A stretch of DNA of 64,000 nucleotides from an uncultured Parcubacteria group bacterium (GCA_947084965.1 CAMTUG010000003.1:64360-128359), one strand, 5' to 3'. Positions 27,978 through 37,798 are shown, counted from the first letter of the stretch. The notes: a model not told the origin generated them from the letters alone. Numbers and translations: made by a program.

Positions 27978-28210
27978 TTCGCTTGGTATTCTTGTGGTAT
28001 GTGACGCAAAGCGTGCATTCTATTCAGATCCGGGCATCTTCTCGGTTTGAGGTGTTCAAAAGTTGATGTTGCGCAAAGTGGAAGTACAGAAGTCAGTTTT
28101 ATATCTCAACTTAGCAATAAAAGTAACTTCTGTACTTCCACTTTGCGGGCGTTGTCTATTTGAGACACCGAACACCCGGGAGGCGTGCGCACGGTGACAG
28201 GGCGAAATCC
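27978..28210. ncRNA. Candidate rod-like structured RNA (6S-like?)
   Basis: Inverted arms of 31 bp with two mismatches at 28072-28147, extended by nested complementary blocks; no credible ORF. Confidence 0.35.
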
Positions 28211-28228
28211 ATCAATGAACCCGATTAA

Positions 28229-28257
28229 TTGACAATTCCGGCCAAATTTAGTAAGAT
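28229..28257 (+). promoter_or_regulatory. Sigma70-type promoter of rpsO
   Basis: TTGACA-17-TAAGAT. Confidence 0.75.
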
Positions 28258-28338
28258 TGTACCATTCAATATTAATCGACGATCGCCTGGGATTCTGGCT
28301 TTGACCTGATTCTCGGACGTTCGTGACAACCCATCCTT

Positions 28339-28602
28339 ATGCTCGACCCGAAGAAGAAGCAGAAGCTCATTGAAGAGTTTCGCACCCATGCCAGCGATAC
28401 CGGGAGCCCGCAGGTCCAGATCGCCATTTTGACCGAAGAGGTCAAGGATCTGACTAAGCACTTGAAAGACCACAAGAAGGACTTTTCATCCCGCCGTGGT
28501 TTGATCAAGAAGGTCAGTGAACGCCGCCGCCTCCTCAAATATTTGGAGCGCGAAGACAAAAAGGCTTGGACCAAATTGAAGGAAGCCCTCAACCTGAAAT
28601 AA
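28339..28602 (+). CDS. rpsO: 30S ribosomal protein S15
   Basis: DTGSPQVQIAILT...HKKDFSSRRGL. Confidence 0.98.
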   Translation: MLDPKKKQKLIEEFRTHASDTGSPQVQIAILTEEVKDLTKHLKDHKKDFSSRRGLIKKVSERRRLLKYLEREDKKAWTKLKEALNLK

Positions 28603-28642
28603 TTTTCGAGGGGCACTGCGGTGCCCCTCATAACCGTTTTTT

Positions 28643-29290
28643 ATGATCCAGTATCCAGACCAACGCGTCGGCATTTTTATCGACGTCCAGAACTTGTACT
28701 ACAGTGCCCGTCATTTGTTCCAGCGCAAAGTGAACTTCGGAGCGATCGTCGAAGAATCGACGAGCGGCCGCAAACTGATCCGGGCCATTGCGTACGTGGT
28801 ACGCACCAAGACAGGTGAAGAAGCGCCGTTCATTGAAGCGCTGCAAAGCAAGGGGCTCGAAACGCGCGAACGCGAACTGCTTGAATACACGAGCGGCCAG
28901 AAAAAAGCGGATTGGGATGTGGGCATGACCGTGGACATTGTGAAGATGCTCGACATGCTCGATGTCATCATTATCGTCAGTGGCGACGGTGACTTTGTTC
29001 CGCTCGTGGAATATTGTCAGAGCCGTGGCCGCCAGGTCGAGGCTTGGTCGTTCCGCGAATCGTCGTCAGGAAAGTTAGTCGAAGCGGTCGATCGTTATCT
29101 CGATCTCTCGAGCAATCAGAAAAAGTTCCTGATCGGTGCACCGACGCGTACGACGACCCCAAAGAACGGAGTGAAACAACGGGTGGAAGATGATGTGGTC
29201 AGCGAGATCGGCGAATTCGAAGTCGCTGGACATGACGATGAACCAGAGGAAAAGATCGAAGAACGACGCGGCCGTAAAATGACATTTTAA
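28643..29290 (+). CDS. NYN-domain (LabA/DUF88) PIN-like nuclease
   Basis: FIDVQNLY, KADWDVGMTVD and VSGDGDFVPLV. Confidence 0.9.
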   Translation: MIQYPDQRVGIFIDVQNLYYSARHLFQRKVNFGAIVEESTSGRKLIRAIAYVVRTKTGEEAPFIEALQSKGLETRERELLEYTSGQKKADWDVGMTVDIVKMLDMLDVIIIVSGDGDFVPLVEYCQSRGRQVEAWSFRESSSGKLVEAVDRYLDLSSNQKKFLIGAPTRTTTPKNGVKQRVEDDVVSEIGEFEVAGHDDEPEEKIEERRGRKMTF

Positions 29291-29320
29291 TTGACCCGGG
29301 AAACTGGAAATACACGAAGT

Positions 29321-31498
29321 ATGCAAAAGGTACAGACGTTCACGCGCGAGTGGGGAGGAAAAGAATTAAAGATTGAAACAGGTCGTTACGCGTCTGCTGC
29401 CGGCGGAGCGTGTGTGGTGCAATACGGCGACACGGTCGTGCTTTGTACGGCAACGATGTCGCGCGAACCGCAGCGTGAAGGGATGGATTTTTTCCCCTTG
29501 ATGGTTGAATACGAAGAAAAGTTGTATGCCGCTGGTCGCATCAAAGGCTCCCGTTTTATTAAAAAAGAAGGCCGTCCGACTGATGAAGCGGTGCTAGTAG
29601 CTCGCTACATCGATCGCGCTATTCGTCCGCTTTTCAATCAGAAGATGCGCAACGATGTGCAGGTGATCACGACTGTTCTGGCCTTCGACGGCGAAAATGA
29701 CCCTGACATTTTGGCGTTGATCGGTGCGTCGTGTGCACTGACGATTTCGGATGTGCCATGGAACGGTCCGATCGCGGTTTGCCGCGCCGGCCAGATCGAT
29801 GGAGAGATGAAGTTGAATCCAACGTACGCTGATCGTTTGCTCTCGAAACTCGATCTGTCTGTTGCTGGTACAACCGATCGCGTGCTCATGGTCGAAGCGG
29901 GATGTGACGAAGTCACCGAAGAGGTGATGCTCGAAGCGTTTCCGTTCTGTCAGAAAAATTTGGCCGCCCCGATTGAATTGATTTTGGAAGTGCAGAAAGC
30001 GGTCGGAAAGAAAAAACTCGACGTGATGACACCGAAGAACGACGCAGAAAAAGCAAAAGCAGAAATGCAATCGCGCGTGCACGCCCTCGTTCGTCCGTTT
30101 GCCATGAAGCGCATCGAAGAATTGTTTTTCGCCGCGCCGCTCGCTACCAAAGTTGAACGCGCCCTCGCTAAGTCGCAGTTGAAAAACGAGATCAAAGCTG
30201 AATTGACTGCGCAAGGTTTAACGGAAGATGAAGTGAAGTTCGGTGGATCGCTCGCTTCTGACTTTGTGGAAGAAGCGGTCACGGAACAGATTTTGGAAAA
30301 GGGCCGCCGTGTCGACGGTCGTGGTCTTGATGAGATTCGCGAACTGTCGAGCGAAGTCGCGGTCTTGCCGCGCGTGCACGGTACGGGACATTTCAACCGC
30401 GGAGAAACGCAGGTGCTCTCCGTTGTCACGCTCGGTGCGCCAGGGGACGAACAGACGCTCGATGGGATGGAGATCACCGGCGCTCGCCGCTTCATGCATC
30501 ACTACAACTTCCCTCCGTATTCGGTCGGTGAAGTGAAGCCGATGCGCGGCCCAGGTCGTCGCGAAGTCGGACATGGTGCGTTGGCCGAAAAGGCGCTCGA
30601 TCCGATGATGCCGAAGAAGGAAGTGTTCCCCTACACCATTCGCGTGGTGTCCGAAGTCTTTTCGTCAAACGGCTCATCCTCGATGGGATCAACGTGTGCC
30701 GCATCTCTCGCTCTTATGGATGCAGGCGTGCCGATTAAAGCTCCGGTTGCTGGTATCGCCATGGGTCTTGCCTCCACTCCAGACATGAAAAACTGGAAAG
30801 TGCTGACCGACTTGCAGGACTTGGAAGACGGCGAAGGTGGAATGGACTTTAAAATCACGGGAACCCGCAACGGGATCACGGCTATTCAGCTCGACACCAA
30901 GACGATCGGGCTCTCGAGTGACATTGTGGTTGAAACGATCACCCGTTCGAAGAAAGCACGCATGCAGGTCCTCGACGTGATGGCCAAGGCGATCGCTGAA
31001 CCTCGCGCAGATCTGTCGCCGTACGCCCCACGCATTACCACTTTGAACATCAACCCAGCCAAAATCGGTGAAGTGATCGGCCCAGGCGGTAAGGTGATTA
31101 ATGAAATCATCGACACAACCGGTGTCACTTCGATCGATATCGACGATGACGGCTTGGTCTGTATCACATCGCTTAACGCCGAAGCGGCACTTAAGGCCCT
31201 TGAATGGGTCAAGACGATCGTCGCTGAACCAGAAGTCGGCAAGATTTACGATGGTAAAGTGACCCGTTTGATGGATTTCGGTGCGTTCGTCGAGATCATG
31301 CCGAAGAAGGAAGGGCTTGTGCACGTTTCAGAAATGGCCCCCTACCGCGTTGGGAAGCCGTCTGATATCGTCAAAGTAGGCGATCGCGTGAAGGTTAAAC
31401 TGTTTGAAATTGATGATCAGGGCCGTGTAAATCTCTCGATGAAGCAAGCGCCAGGTAACGTCTACCCAGATCAGCCAGGAGTAGCAAAGGCTAAATAA
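29321..31498 (+). CDS. pnp: Polyribonucleotide nucleotidyltransferase
   Basis: Two RNase PH domains (FFPLMVEY, RGETQ, SNGSSSM), KH (IGPGGKVI) and S1 (FGAFVE). Confidence 0.98.
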   Translation: MQKVQTFTREWGGKELKIETGRYASAAGGACVVQYGDTVVLCTATMSREPQREGMDFFPLMVEYEEKLYAAGRIKGSRFIKKEGRPTDEAVLVARYIDRAIRPLFNQKMRNDVQVITTVLAFDGENDPDILALIGASCALTISDVPWNGPIAVCRAGQIDGEMKLNPTYADRLLSKLDLSVAGTTDRVLMVEAGCDEVTEEVMLEAFPFCQKNLAAPIELILEVQKAVGKKKLDVMTPKNDAEKAKAEMQSRVHALVRPFAMKRIEELFFAAPLATKVERALAKSQLKNEIKAELTAQGLTEDEVKFGGSLASDFVEEAVTEQILEKGRRVDGRGLDEIRELSSEVAVLPRVHGTGHFNRGETQVLSVVTLGAPGDEQTLDGMEITGARRFMHHYNFPPYSVGEVKPMRGPGRREVGHGALAEKALDPMMPKKEVFPYTIRVVSEVFSSNGSSSMGSTCAASLALMDAGVPIKAPVAGIAMGLASTPDMKNWKVLTDLQDLEDGEGGMDFKITGTRNGITAIQLDTKTIGLSSDIVVETITRSKKARMQVLDVMAKAIAEPRADLSPYAPRITTLNINPAKIGEVIGPGGKVINEIIDTTGVTSIDIDDDGLVCITSLNAEAALKALEWVKTIVAEPEVGKIYDGKVTRLMDFGAFVEIMPKKEGLVHVSEMAPYRVGKPSDIVKVGDRVKVKLFEIDDQGRVNLSMKQAPGNVYPDQPGVAKAK

Positions 31499-31508
31499 GA
31501 GCAATTCG

Positions 31509-32702
31509 ATGGAACGCCTGCACATTCCACTTCGATCCGGCCATTCAACAACCCGCCCCGTGAGGCGGGTTGTTTGGCAGTATCTTGTGTTTATGGTGCT
31601 GCTCAGCGCCTGTTTTTACGCAGCTGCGCGTTCGATGATTTCGGCGACGCACCTGACAAACGCCTTTCCGGGTGCGCAAACAGTCATTGATCTCGTCGGG
31701 CACCGTGGAATTGCAGAGGTCGCTCTGCACACTGGCGATCTCCCATTGCTTACCAAACGTCCACTCACCCTGAATGATTTAACCCCGTTCATCCGCGGGG
31801 AGGTCGCTCTAGCGATCTACCCGGATCATACACGCGCAGTAGCGTTCAAGGGGGGTGTCGACGAGATAACCAAAGCTAGGTGGAAGGAAATTGGGGTGTT
31901 TGTGCATGAAAAGGAAGGTTACAGCTTCATTTTTGGCGAATCTTCTGTAGAACTTGGGGAGATGGATCGCACATGGTCTTTGTTCGCCTTCCTGCCATCT
32001 TATGCCGGTCGGGTACTGGGAAACGGGGAGGATGGACCGATCTATTTGATGCAGGACGGAGTGGACTTGACACTCACTTTTGACGACACATACAGCAAAA
32101 AGCGCGAGGATCTTGCGTTAAATACGATTGCCTGGATCCCGTTCGGTGCACTTCAGATCCCCCAATCGCTTCAAACATTCTTTCCGTCGGAGGCGCTTCA
32201 GGGTACAGGCACGCTCCTCGTGGTAAAGGATGATACGGGCGTGGCGTTCCAAATCGACCTGGATCGCGCTCTTGACAGCACTATTTTGGCTGAGATTATT
32301 CAAAAGTCTGCTTTACGCGTCGTGCCGAGTACCGCTACGCTCACTTTGTTAGATGGAACACTGGTTGATGAGCTTCGTTCAAGCACAGATACGATTAAAA
32401 CGAGTATTGTTGAGGATGGAGATCAGGTCCGCTTGATCGCCGAAGTCGACGGGGAGGTACTTATTGCCGAGAAAACAGAAAATCACACCAAGATCCGGAA
32501 TCGCACAGCCGATCTGTATACCCTGAACGACGCTGAGCCGCTCGGTAACCTCTGCCAAAAGTCCTCTGGGGCGCTGATCGTCACCAGTAAACTCCTCGAG
32601 AGCGGGTTACTCACCTATACCGTTTACGATCCAACGTTTGAGCTTGTGCAATTTGCGAAGATCATCAATATTTCTGGTAAATCCACCAGGCTGTGTTGGT
32701 AA
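31509..32702 (+). CDS. Hypothetical membrane-anchored protein
   Basis: 397 aa with an N-terminal hydrophobic helix. Confidence 0.7.
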   Translation: MERLHIPLRSGHSTTRPVRRVVWQYLVFMVLLSACFYAAARSMISATHLTNAFPGAQTVIDLVGHRGIAEVALHTGDLPLLTKRPLTLNDLTPFIRGEVALAIYPDHTRAVAFKGGVDEITKARWKEIGVFVHEKEGYSFIFGESSVELGEMDRTWSLFAFLPSYAGRVLGNGEDGPIYLMQDGVDLTLTFDDTYSKKREDLALNTIAWIPFGALQIPQSLQTFFPSEALQGTGTLLVVKDDTGVAFQIDLDRALDSTILAEIIQKSALRVVPSTATLTLLDGTLVDELRSSTDTIKTSIVEDGDQVRLIAEVDGEVLIAEKTENHTKIRNRTADLYTLNDAEPLGNLCQKSSGALIVTSKLLESGLLTYTVYDPTFELVQFAKIINISGKSTRLCW

Positions 32703-32704
32703 GG

Positions 32705-32797
32705 TGTGTATAACAGACATGAATTGTGGATAACAATTTTTGTGTTCATCAAAAATTGCTTCAACGTGGTAGTTTGTAAAGACTCTGATGTGAATAA
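32705..32797. promoter_or_regulatory. Three co-oriented DnaA boxes
   Basis: TGTGTATAA (32705), TGTGGATAA (32725) and TGTGAATAA (32789) all match the complement of TTWTNCACA. Confidence 0.6.
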
Positions 32798-32834
32798 ATC
32801 GTTTTTTTTACTAAGCTGAGCGACTATCTACGTG

Positions 32835-32863
32835 TTGACTTTTTGTGTTCAACGACGTATAAT
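32835..32863 (+). promoter_or_regulatory. Near-consensus sigma70 promoter facing a gene-free region
   Basis: TTGACT-17-TATAAT. Confidence 0.75.
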
Positions 32864-32869
32864 GGAGTT

Positions 32870-33435
32870 ATCGAGATTGCTCCTTCAAATACCCGTGGAC
32901 TCACGGGAAGGTTTCCGAAGTACCCCACAGGTCCAACCTGTTATGGGTTGGAATACTTCGGGGACTATCCCACTTTTCTACTCGTCCGTTCCCAAACACA
33001 CCGATCGGGCCCAGGAGAACGAACGAAACAAAAACCAATCAATATTGGGACTAGGTTAGCCTCAACAATGTTCCTGCGCCATTAGCGGGAACCCGAGGTA
33101 AAACCACTGACATGGTAGAAAAGGTAGTTCATTAGGCGATTCTGGTTGAGTCGTCGTTGTACATAATGGTGCCGAGACGTGTGGTTCAACACTGGACCCC
33201 ACATCCCGGTATCATTCACACCGACAATTCCCAAAATTGCCCACCCTCTCTACAAGGGCACACCCGATTCATTCTCGACAATGCGGGCCTCGTGCCCTTG
33301 TTTCTATTAAATCATAAAATACGGGCGATCTGCTCGTCCTTCGGCTTTGAAATCACTCGATGTAGGTCTGACTACACCTCGTGATTTCTGCGCCTCCAGG
33401 ACTTCGCATCTCATCCCGTATTTTATGATTTACTT
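32870..33435 (+). ncRNA. Candidate large structured non-coding RNA (~570 nt)
   Basis: A continuous series of hairpins with G-U pairs downstream of a strong promoter; no credible ORF. Confidence 0.5.
33308..33432. repeat. Structured repeat element, copy 1
   Basis: Perfect 18-bp terminal inverted repeat enclosing GCGATCTGCTCG..TTCGGC..GTAG..CTAC.CCTCG..GCCTCCAG..CTTCGCATCTCATC. Confidence 0.8.
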
Positions 33436-33504
33436 ACGCTATTGCGGATCCGTACTTTTCCTGTATACTTTGATAATTAGCTAGTGTTTGTTCAAATTGA
33501 GTTT

Positions 33505-33879
33505 ATGGATGAAGGATTTGTGAGCGCCATGAAACTTGCCCTCCTGGACGAGAAGTCAAAACTTGAAGGGGAGCTTTCGAAGTTTGCCCACCGTAACCCA
33601 AAGGCGACGGACGAAGATTTTGATACAAATTTTCCGAATCTTGGGGATAAAGAGGACGAAAATGCCGCCGAGGTCGCTGCGTACAGCGACAATCTTTCGC
33701 TCGAGGGGGAGCTTGAAAAGCAACTTCGCGATGTGATAGGTGCTCTGAAGATGGTTGAAGATGGAGTGTATGGGATTTGCAAGTACTGCAAGCAGGAGAT
33801 TGGTCAGGCCCGATTGACCGCTCGTCCGACCTCCTCTTCCTGTATCGACTGTAAAAAGACGCTGACGCAGGAGGCGTAG
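33505..33879 (+). CDS. DksA/TraR-family C4 zinc-finger protein
   Basis: Coiled coil, YGICKYC and RLTARPTSSSCIDC. Confidence 0.88.
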   Translation: MDEGFVSAMKLALLDEKSKLEGELSKFAHRNPKATDEDFDTNFPNLGDKEDENAAEVAAYSDNLSLEGELEKQLRDVIGALKMVEDGVYGICKYCKQEIGQARLTARPTSSSCIDCKKTLTQEA

Positions 33880-33881
33880 TT

Positions 33882-34292
33882 ATGAAATGGGGGGCGATCG
33901 CCGTTTTGACGGTCGTGATCGATCAGATGTGTAAATGGATGGCTTTGCGCAATGCGTGGGCCATCCATAAAAATTTTGGGATCGCCTTTGATCTCCCTGT
34001 TCCGTCCTGGATTGTCACCCCCGTTATCGTTGCGGTCATCCTTGCGGCTGGATGGTACGCTTGGAACCAACGCAGACACGTTCGTGTAAGTGCCGCGCTC
34101 ATGTTCATTTCCTTGGGAGGGACAGGAAATCTCATTGATCGACTCGTGCACGGGTACATTATCGATTACATCATCATCGGAATCAGCGCGATCAACATCG
34201 CCGATCTGATGATCATCGCTGGAGTCGTCTCTCTGCTTTTGGCTCAACGTCATTCATCCACAACCTTGGTTGACAAAACTGAAATTTCTTGA
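33882..34292 (+). CDS. lspA: Lipoprotein signal peptidase II
   Basis: DQMCK, NFGIAF, GGTGNLIDR, IIDYI and INIAD. Confidence 0.9.
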   Translation: MKWGAIAVLTVVIDQMCKWMALRNAWAIHKNFGIAFDLPVPSWIVTPVIVAVILAAGWYAWNQRRHVRVSAALMFISLGGTGNLIDRLVHGYIIDYIIIGISAINIADLMIIAGVVSLLLAQRHSSTTLVDKTEIS

Positions 34293-34355
34293 TAGATTGT
34301 CTGTATGAATCTGCTTAGTACCAATAGGTGCTGGGCGAATTTTATTTTAGGAGCT

Positions 34356-35861
34356 ATGGCGGCAACGATTTTTTCTGGGACCGTGCAGGGTCTTGACGGA
34401 CATGTCGTTACTGTTGAGGCGGCACACACATTCGGGCTTCGCAACTTTCTCGTCGTCGGCTTACCAGATGCGGCTGTGAAGGAGGCACGCGAACGCGTGC
34501 ATGCGGCGCTCAAGTTTGCTGGGTATGATCTTCCGCGTGGAAGAATCGCTGTAAATCTTGCTCCAGCAGATGTAAAAAAGCAGGGCACGGCGCACGATCT
34601 ACCAATTGCGCTGTCGATTCTTTCGGTGGTCGGGATTATTGAGGACGCATCGACACAGGGTGCGATGTTTGTCGGTGAATTGGCGCTGGACGGCGCGGTC
34701 AGGCCGGTTGGCTGTGTTCTTCTGATGACGCTCGCCGCGCGCGATGCTGGACTGCTGCGCGTTTTTGTTCCTAAAGACAACGTAGATGAGGCACTTCTGG
34801 TACGTGGGGTCGCCGTTTTTCCGGTTGAGAGTTTGGCACAGGTGATTCGACACTTGCGCCAGGAACAGACGATCAATCCGGCGGTCGCCCAGCCATTTGT
34901 CCATCAGAAACAGGACGATCCGCTGCATGATATGGCTTATGTGCGCGGGCAGGATCGGGTGAAACGGGCGCTCGAAATTGCTGCGGTCGGACGCCATAAC
35001 ATTTTGATGTACGGACCGCCAGGAACGGGAAAGACCCTTCTCGCCCGAACGTTGCCAACAATTCTTCCGGCCCTCAGTGAGGAGGAAGCGCTCGAAGTGA
35101 CTAAAGTTTATTCCGTGGCTGGAGCGCTGCCGCACGAAACAAGGCTCGTTGTTGAGCGGCCGTTTCGCTCGCCGCACCACACCACCTCCGGAATAGCCTT
35201 GGTCGGTGGCGGGAGCCATCCGCGGCCGGGTGAAGTTTCCTTGGCACATCACGGAGTGTTGTTTCTTGATGAGTTTCCAGAGTTTCAAACGTCTGCCCTC
35301 GAAAATTTGCGCCAGCCGCTTGAAGATGGTGCGGTAACGGTTTCTCGCGCGAGCAATTCTGTGCGTTATCCGGCAAAGTTCATGCTCGTCGCGGCGATGA
35401 ATCCTTGTCCTTGTGGATTTTCTGGAGATCCAAAAGCCCGGTGTATCTGTACGATGATTGCGCTTCAACGCTATCGTAAAAAAATTTCTGGACCGCTTCT
35501 CGATCGTATTGATCTAATGATCGAAGTCCCGAAGTTGCATTTTGATGAACTGACAGATGCGAAGGATGCTGAGTCATCGACTGTCATTCGGGCCCGTGTA
35601 CAAGCAGCCAGAGATCTCGCCGATGCCCGTGGGGCGTTGAACGCAAAAAATATTCAAGCAGTCTGTGCCTTAGATGCGGAAGGAAAATCTTTTTTGCGTG
35701 GGGCTGTAGAAAAGCTGGGGCTTTCGGCACGGGCCTATACTCGGATTTTAAAGGTTGCAAGAACGATCGCTGATCTCGCGCAGGCTGAGCAGATCACTGT
35801 GCATCATCTCGCCGAGGCGATGCAGTATCGTCCGCGGTTTGAGTTTTTAACGAAAACGTAG
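34356..35861 (+). CDS. comM: YifB/ComM Mg-chelatase-like AAA+ ATPase
   Basis: VGLPDAAVKEARERV, GPPGTGKT, PFRSPHH, LFLDEFPEF and MNPCPCG. Confidence 0.93.
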   Translation: MAATIFSGTVQGLDGHVVTVEAAHTFGLRNFLVVGLPDAAVKEARERVHAALKFAGYDLPRGRIAVNLAPADVKKQGTAHDLPIALSILSVVGIIEDASTQGAMFVGELALDGAVRPVGCVLLMTLAARDAGLLRVFVPKDNVDEALLVRGVAVFPVESLAQVIRHLRQEQTINPAVAQPFVHQKQDDPLHDMAYVRGQDRVKRALEIAAVGRHNILMYGPPGTGKTLLARTLPTILPALSEEEALEVTKVYSVAGALPHETRLVVERPFRSPHHTTSGIALVGGGSHPRPGEVSLAHHGVLFLDEFPEFQTSALENLRQPLEDGAVTVSRASNSVRYPAKFMLVAAMNPCPCGFSGDPKARCICTMIALQRYRKKISGPLLDRIDLMIEVPKLHFDELTDAKDAESSTVIRARVQAARDLADARGALNAKNIQAVCALDAEGKSFLRGAVEKLGLSARAYTRILKVARTIADLAQAEQITVHHLAEAMQYRPRFEFLTKT

Positions 35862-35863
35862 CG

Positions 35864-37162
35864 CTACTTTTTGTAGCTGACGTAGTTGAGCGGATTGACC
35901 GCCTGACCGTTGACGCGCACTTCAAAGTGCAAGTGCGTCCCGGTTGATCGCCCGGTCGTCCCGCAAAGTCCGATCGGTTGACCTTGGGTGACAGAATCAC
36001 CTTTAGAAACGTACAGTTTGGCGTGGTGACCGTAAGCGGTGACCAGTCCGTTCCCGTGGTCGATCTGTACAAAGTAACCGTAACCGCCGCGATTCCAGCC
36101 AGAGAAGGTGACGATCCCATCGGCCGCTGCGTAGTTGTTATTGTTGTAGTTGCAATCAATGTCGAGACCGTAGTGACGGCCGTAAACGTAGTATTGTCCG
36201 TAATAGGTGTTGATTTTGGAGAGGTCGGTCGGCCAAATCATGTTTGCACTCCCCGCCAGTGGAGAAGGTGAAGCAGATGTCTGCTCTGGGGTGAACAAAT
36301 TACGCACAGAAGCGACGCTCCGCGATGGGGTCGGAGCCTGTTTTTCTCCCCCCGGAACGAGCAAAGACTCACCGATCGTTAGATCGTTGGCGTCGGCGAG
36401 GTTGTTGAAATCAACGATTTCAGCCGAAGTGACCCCGTAGGTACTGGCGATTCTTGAAAGGGTGTCCCCGCTTTTGACGGTGTGCGTAATGCCGTCAACA
36501 GGGAGGATCGTCAGCGTGTCGCCCGGACGGATAATGCTCCGCACGGAGAGATTGTTTGACCACAGAATCGTTGTGATCGACAGATCAAACTGTTCGGCGA
36601 TCGTTCCGATCGTATCCCCTTCGGCAACGACATATTCTTCAATCGTCGTACGTTTCGCGGACGACGGTTTGGTTGTTGTCGGGGAAGCTGTGAGTTCGTC
36701 AAACGCGAGGATCGATTCCAAATCCGGAGCGACGGTCGATTCCAAGGCGACGGACTCGCGATAAAAGACGGGCGGCAACAACGGTTCGTTAGAAGCAGCC
36801 ACTTCAATCACCACATCTGGTGAGTCAGCGCCAAGGATCGTCACGAGTACACTCCGTCCACCCAGGGCATCGGTCTGAATCTGCCCGGCACGGACGTTCG
36901 TAGAAACGGAGAAGATAGAAACGAGAATGATCGCTCCGTGGATGGCATAGCGATTGGTGAACAGAAAGAGCAGCTTATTTTTGGCCGGGAGATAGAGCCG
37001 GCGGATTCCGCGACGAGCGAGGAGGATTCCATGGAAGGTGGGGACTAAGATGAAGGTAAACAAAAACCGACCAACCGCCCGAAGGGGCGTGGTCAGAAAG
37101 GTCAGGAATCGTCCTAAAATCGGTTTCAATGTTGTCGCCCCGCGGTATGCGCCGATGATCAA
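35864..37162 (-). CDS. LysM-domain M23 peptidase
   Basis: Two LysM repeats (YVVAEGDT, HTVKSGDT) and M23 motifs HYGLD and HLHFEV. Start uncertain. Confidence 0.92.
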   Translation of the reverse strand: MIIGAYRGATTLKPILGRFLTFLTTPLRAVGRFLFTFILVPTFHGILLARRGIRRLYLPAKNKLLFLFTNRYAIHGAIILVSIFSVSTNVRAGQIQTDALGGRSVLVTILGADSPDVVIEVAASNEPLLPPVFYRESVALESTVAPDLESILAFDELTASPTTTKPSSAKRTTIEEYVVAEGDTIGTIAEQFDLSITTILWSNNLSVRSIIRPGDTLTILPVDGITHTVKSGDTLSRIASTYGVTSAEIVDFNNLADANDLTIGESLLVPGGEKQAPTPSRSVASVRNLFTPEQTSASPSPLAGSANMIWPTDLSKINTYYGQYYVYGRHYGLDIDCNYNNNNYAAADGIVTFSGWNRGGYGYFVQIDHGNGLVTAYGHHAKLYVSKGDSVTQGQPIGLCGTTGRSTGTHLHFEVRVNGQAVNPLNYVSYKK

Positions 37163-37277
37163 TCCAAGCGCGAAGCGTTTGAGAGGATTCGGGATAGACG
37201 TTGCGGTTAAGCAACGGGGTTATGCTACCCGATTTGACGCTCGCGGTCAATCAACTTTTCTACTCTTTTCGCTTATA

Positions 37278-37781
37278 TTAGCGCATTTCATCGCGCATGA
37301 TCTTCGCGATCAACGGCTCGTCTTCCAGACGGACCTTGAAGGTTTGGTGGATCACGGCGTCGTAGGTAGTGTGGTGCGGGCGGACGACTTTTTCAAACGC
37401 TTGGCCTGCCGCTTCAAGCGAGTGGGCGAGTTCCTCCATCGTGCCTGATGTTGGATAGATTTCAATATGGTCAAATCCACTCGATTGGCTCCCATCAGGC
37501 TTTTGGTCTGAGAGTTCGAGAAACCAGATTTCTCCAAGTGGCGTTTCGATCGGTACGGCGAGCTTTACAAAAGCAATTGGTCGCCCGGCGATCATCGACT
37601 GATAGAAAAAGGGTGCCCACGGTTCAAGCAGGGCTCGCAGCGCCACGAACTCTTCCCGCGACCCACATTTGTAACAGAGGTGATCCGCTTTGGCGGTCGG
37701 CTGCATCCGTTCCGCCCAGGCATTAAATCCCGCCACATCTGCCGAGCATCTCGAGAAAAATTGTTCCACCGTTTCATACAT
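37278..37781 (-). CDS. YecM-like VOC-fold metalloprotein
   Basis: DHLCYK, IAGRPI, LELSDQKP and GFDHIE. Confidence 0.8.
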   Translation of the reverse strand: MYETVEQFFSRCSADVAGFNAWAERMQPTAKADHLCYKCGSREEFVALRALLEPWAPFFYQSMIAGRPIAFVKLAVPIETPLGEIWFLELSDQKPDGSQSSGFDHIEIYPTSGTMEELAHSLEAAGQAFEKVVRPHHTTYDAVIHQTFKVRLEDEPLIAKIMRDEMR

Positions 37782-37798
37782 AGTGCAGCTATGATAGC

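Noticed and set aside
32832-33384. Three 75-80 aa ORFs
   Set aside because: They overlap the promoter and dense hairpins, have weak starts and show no protein-like features.
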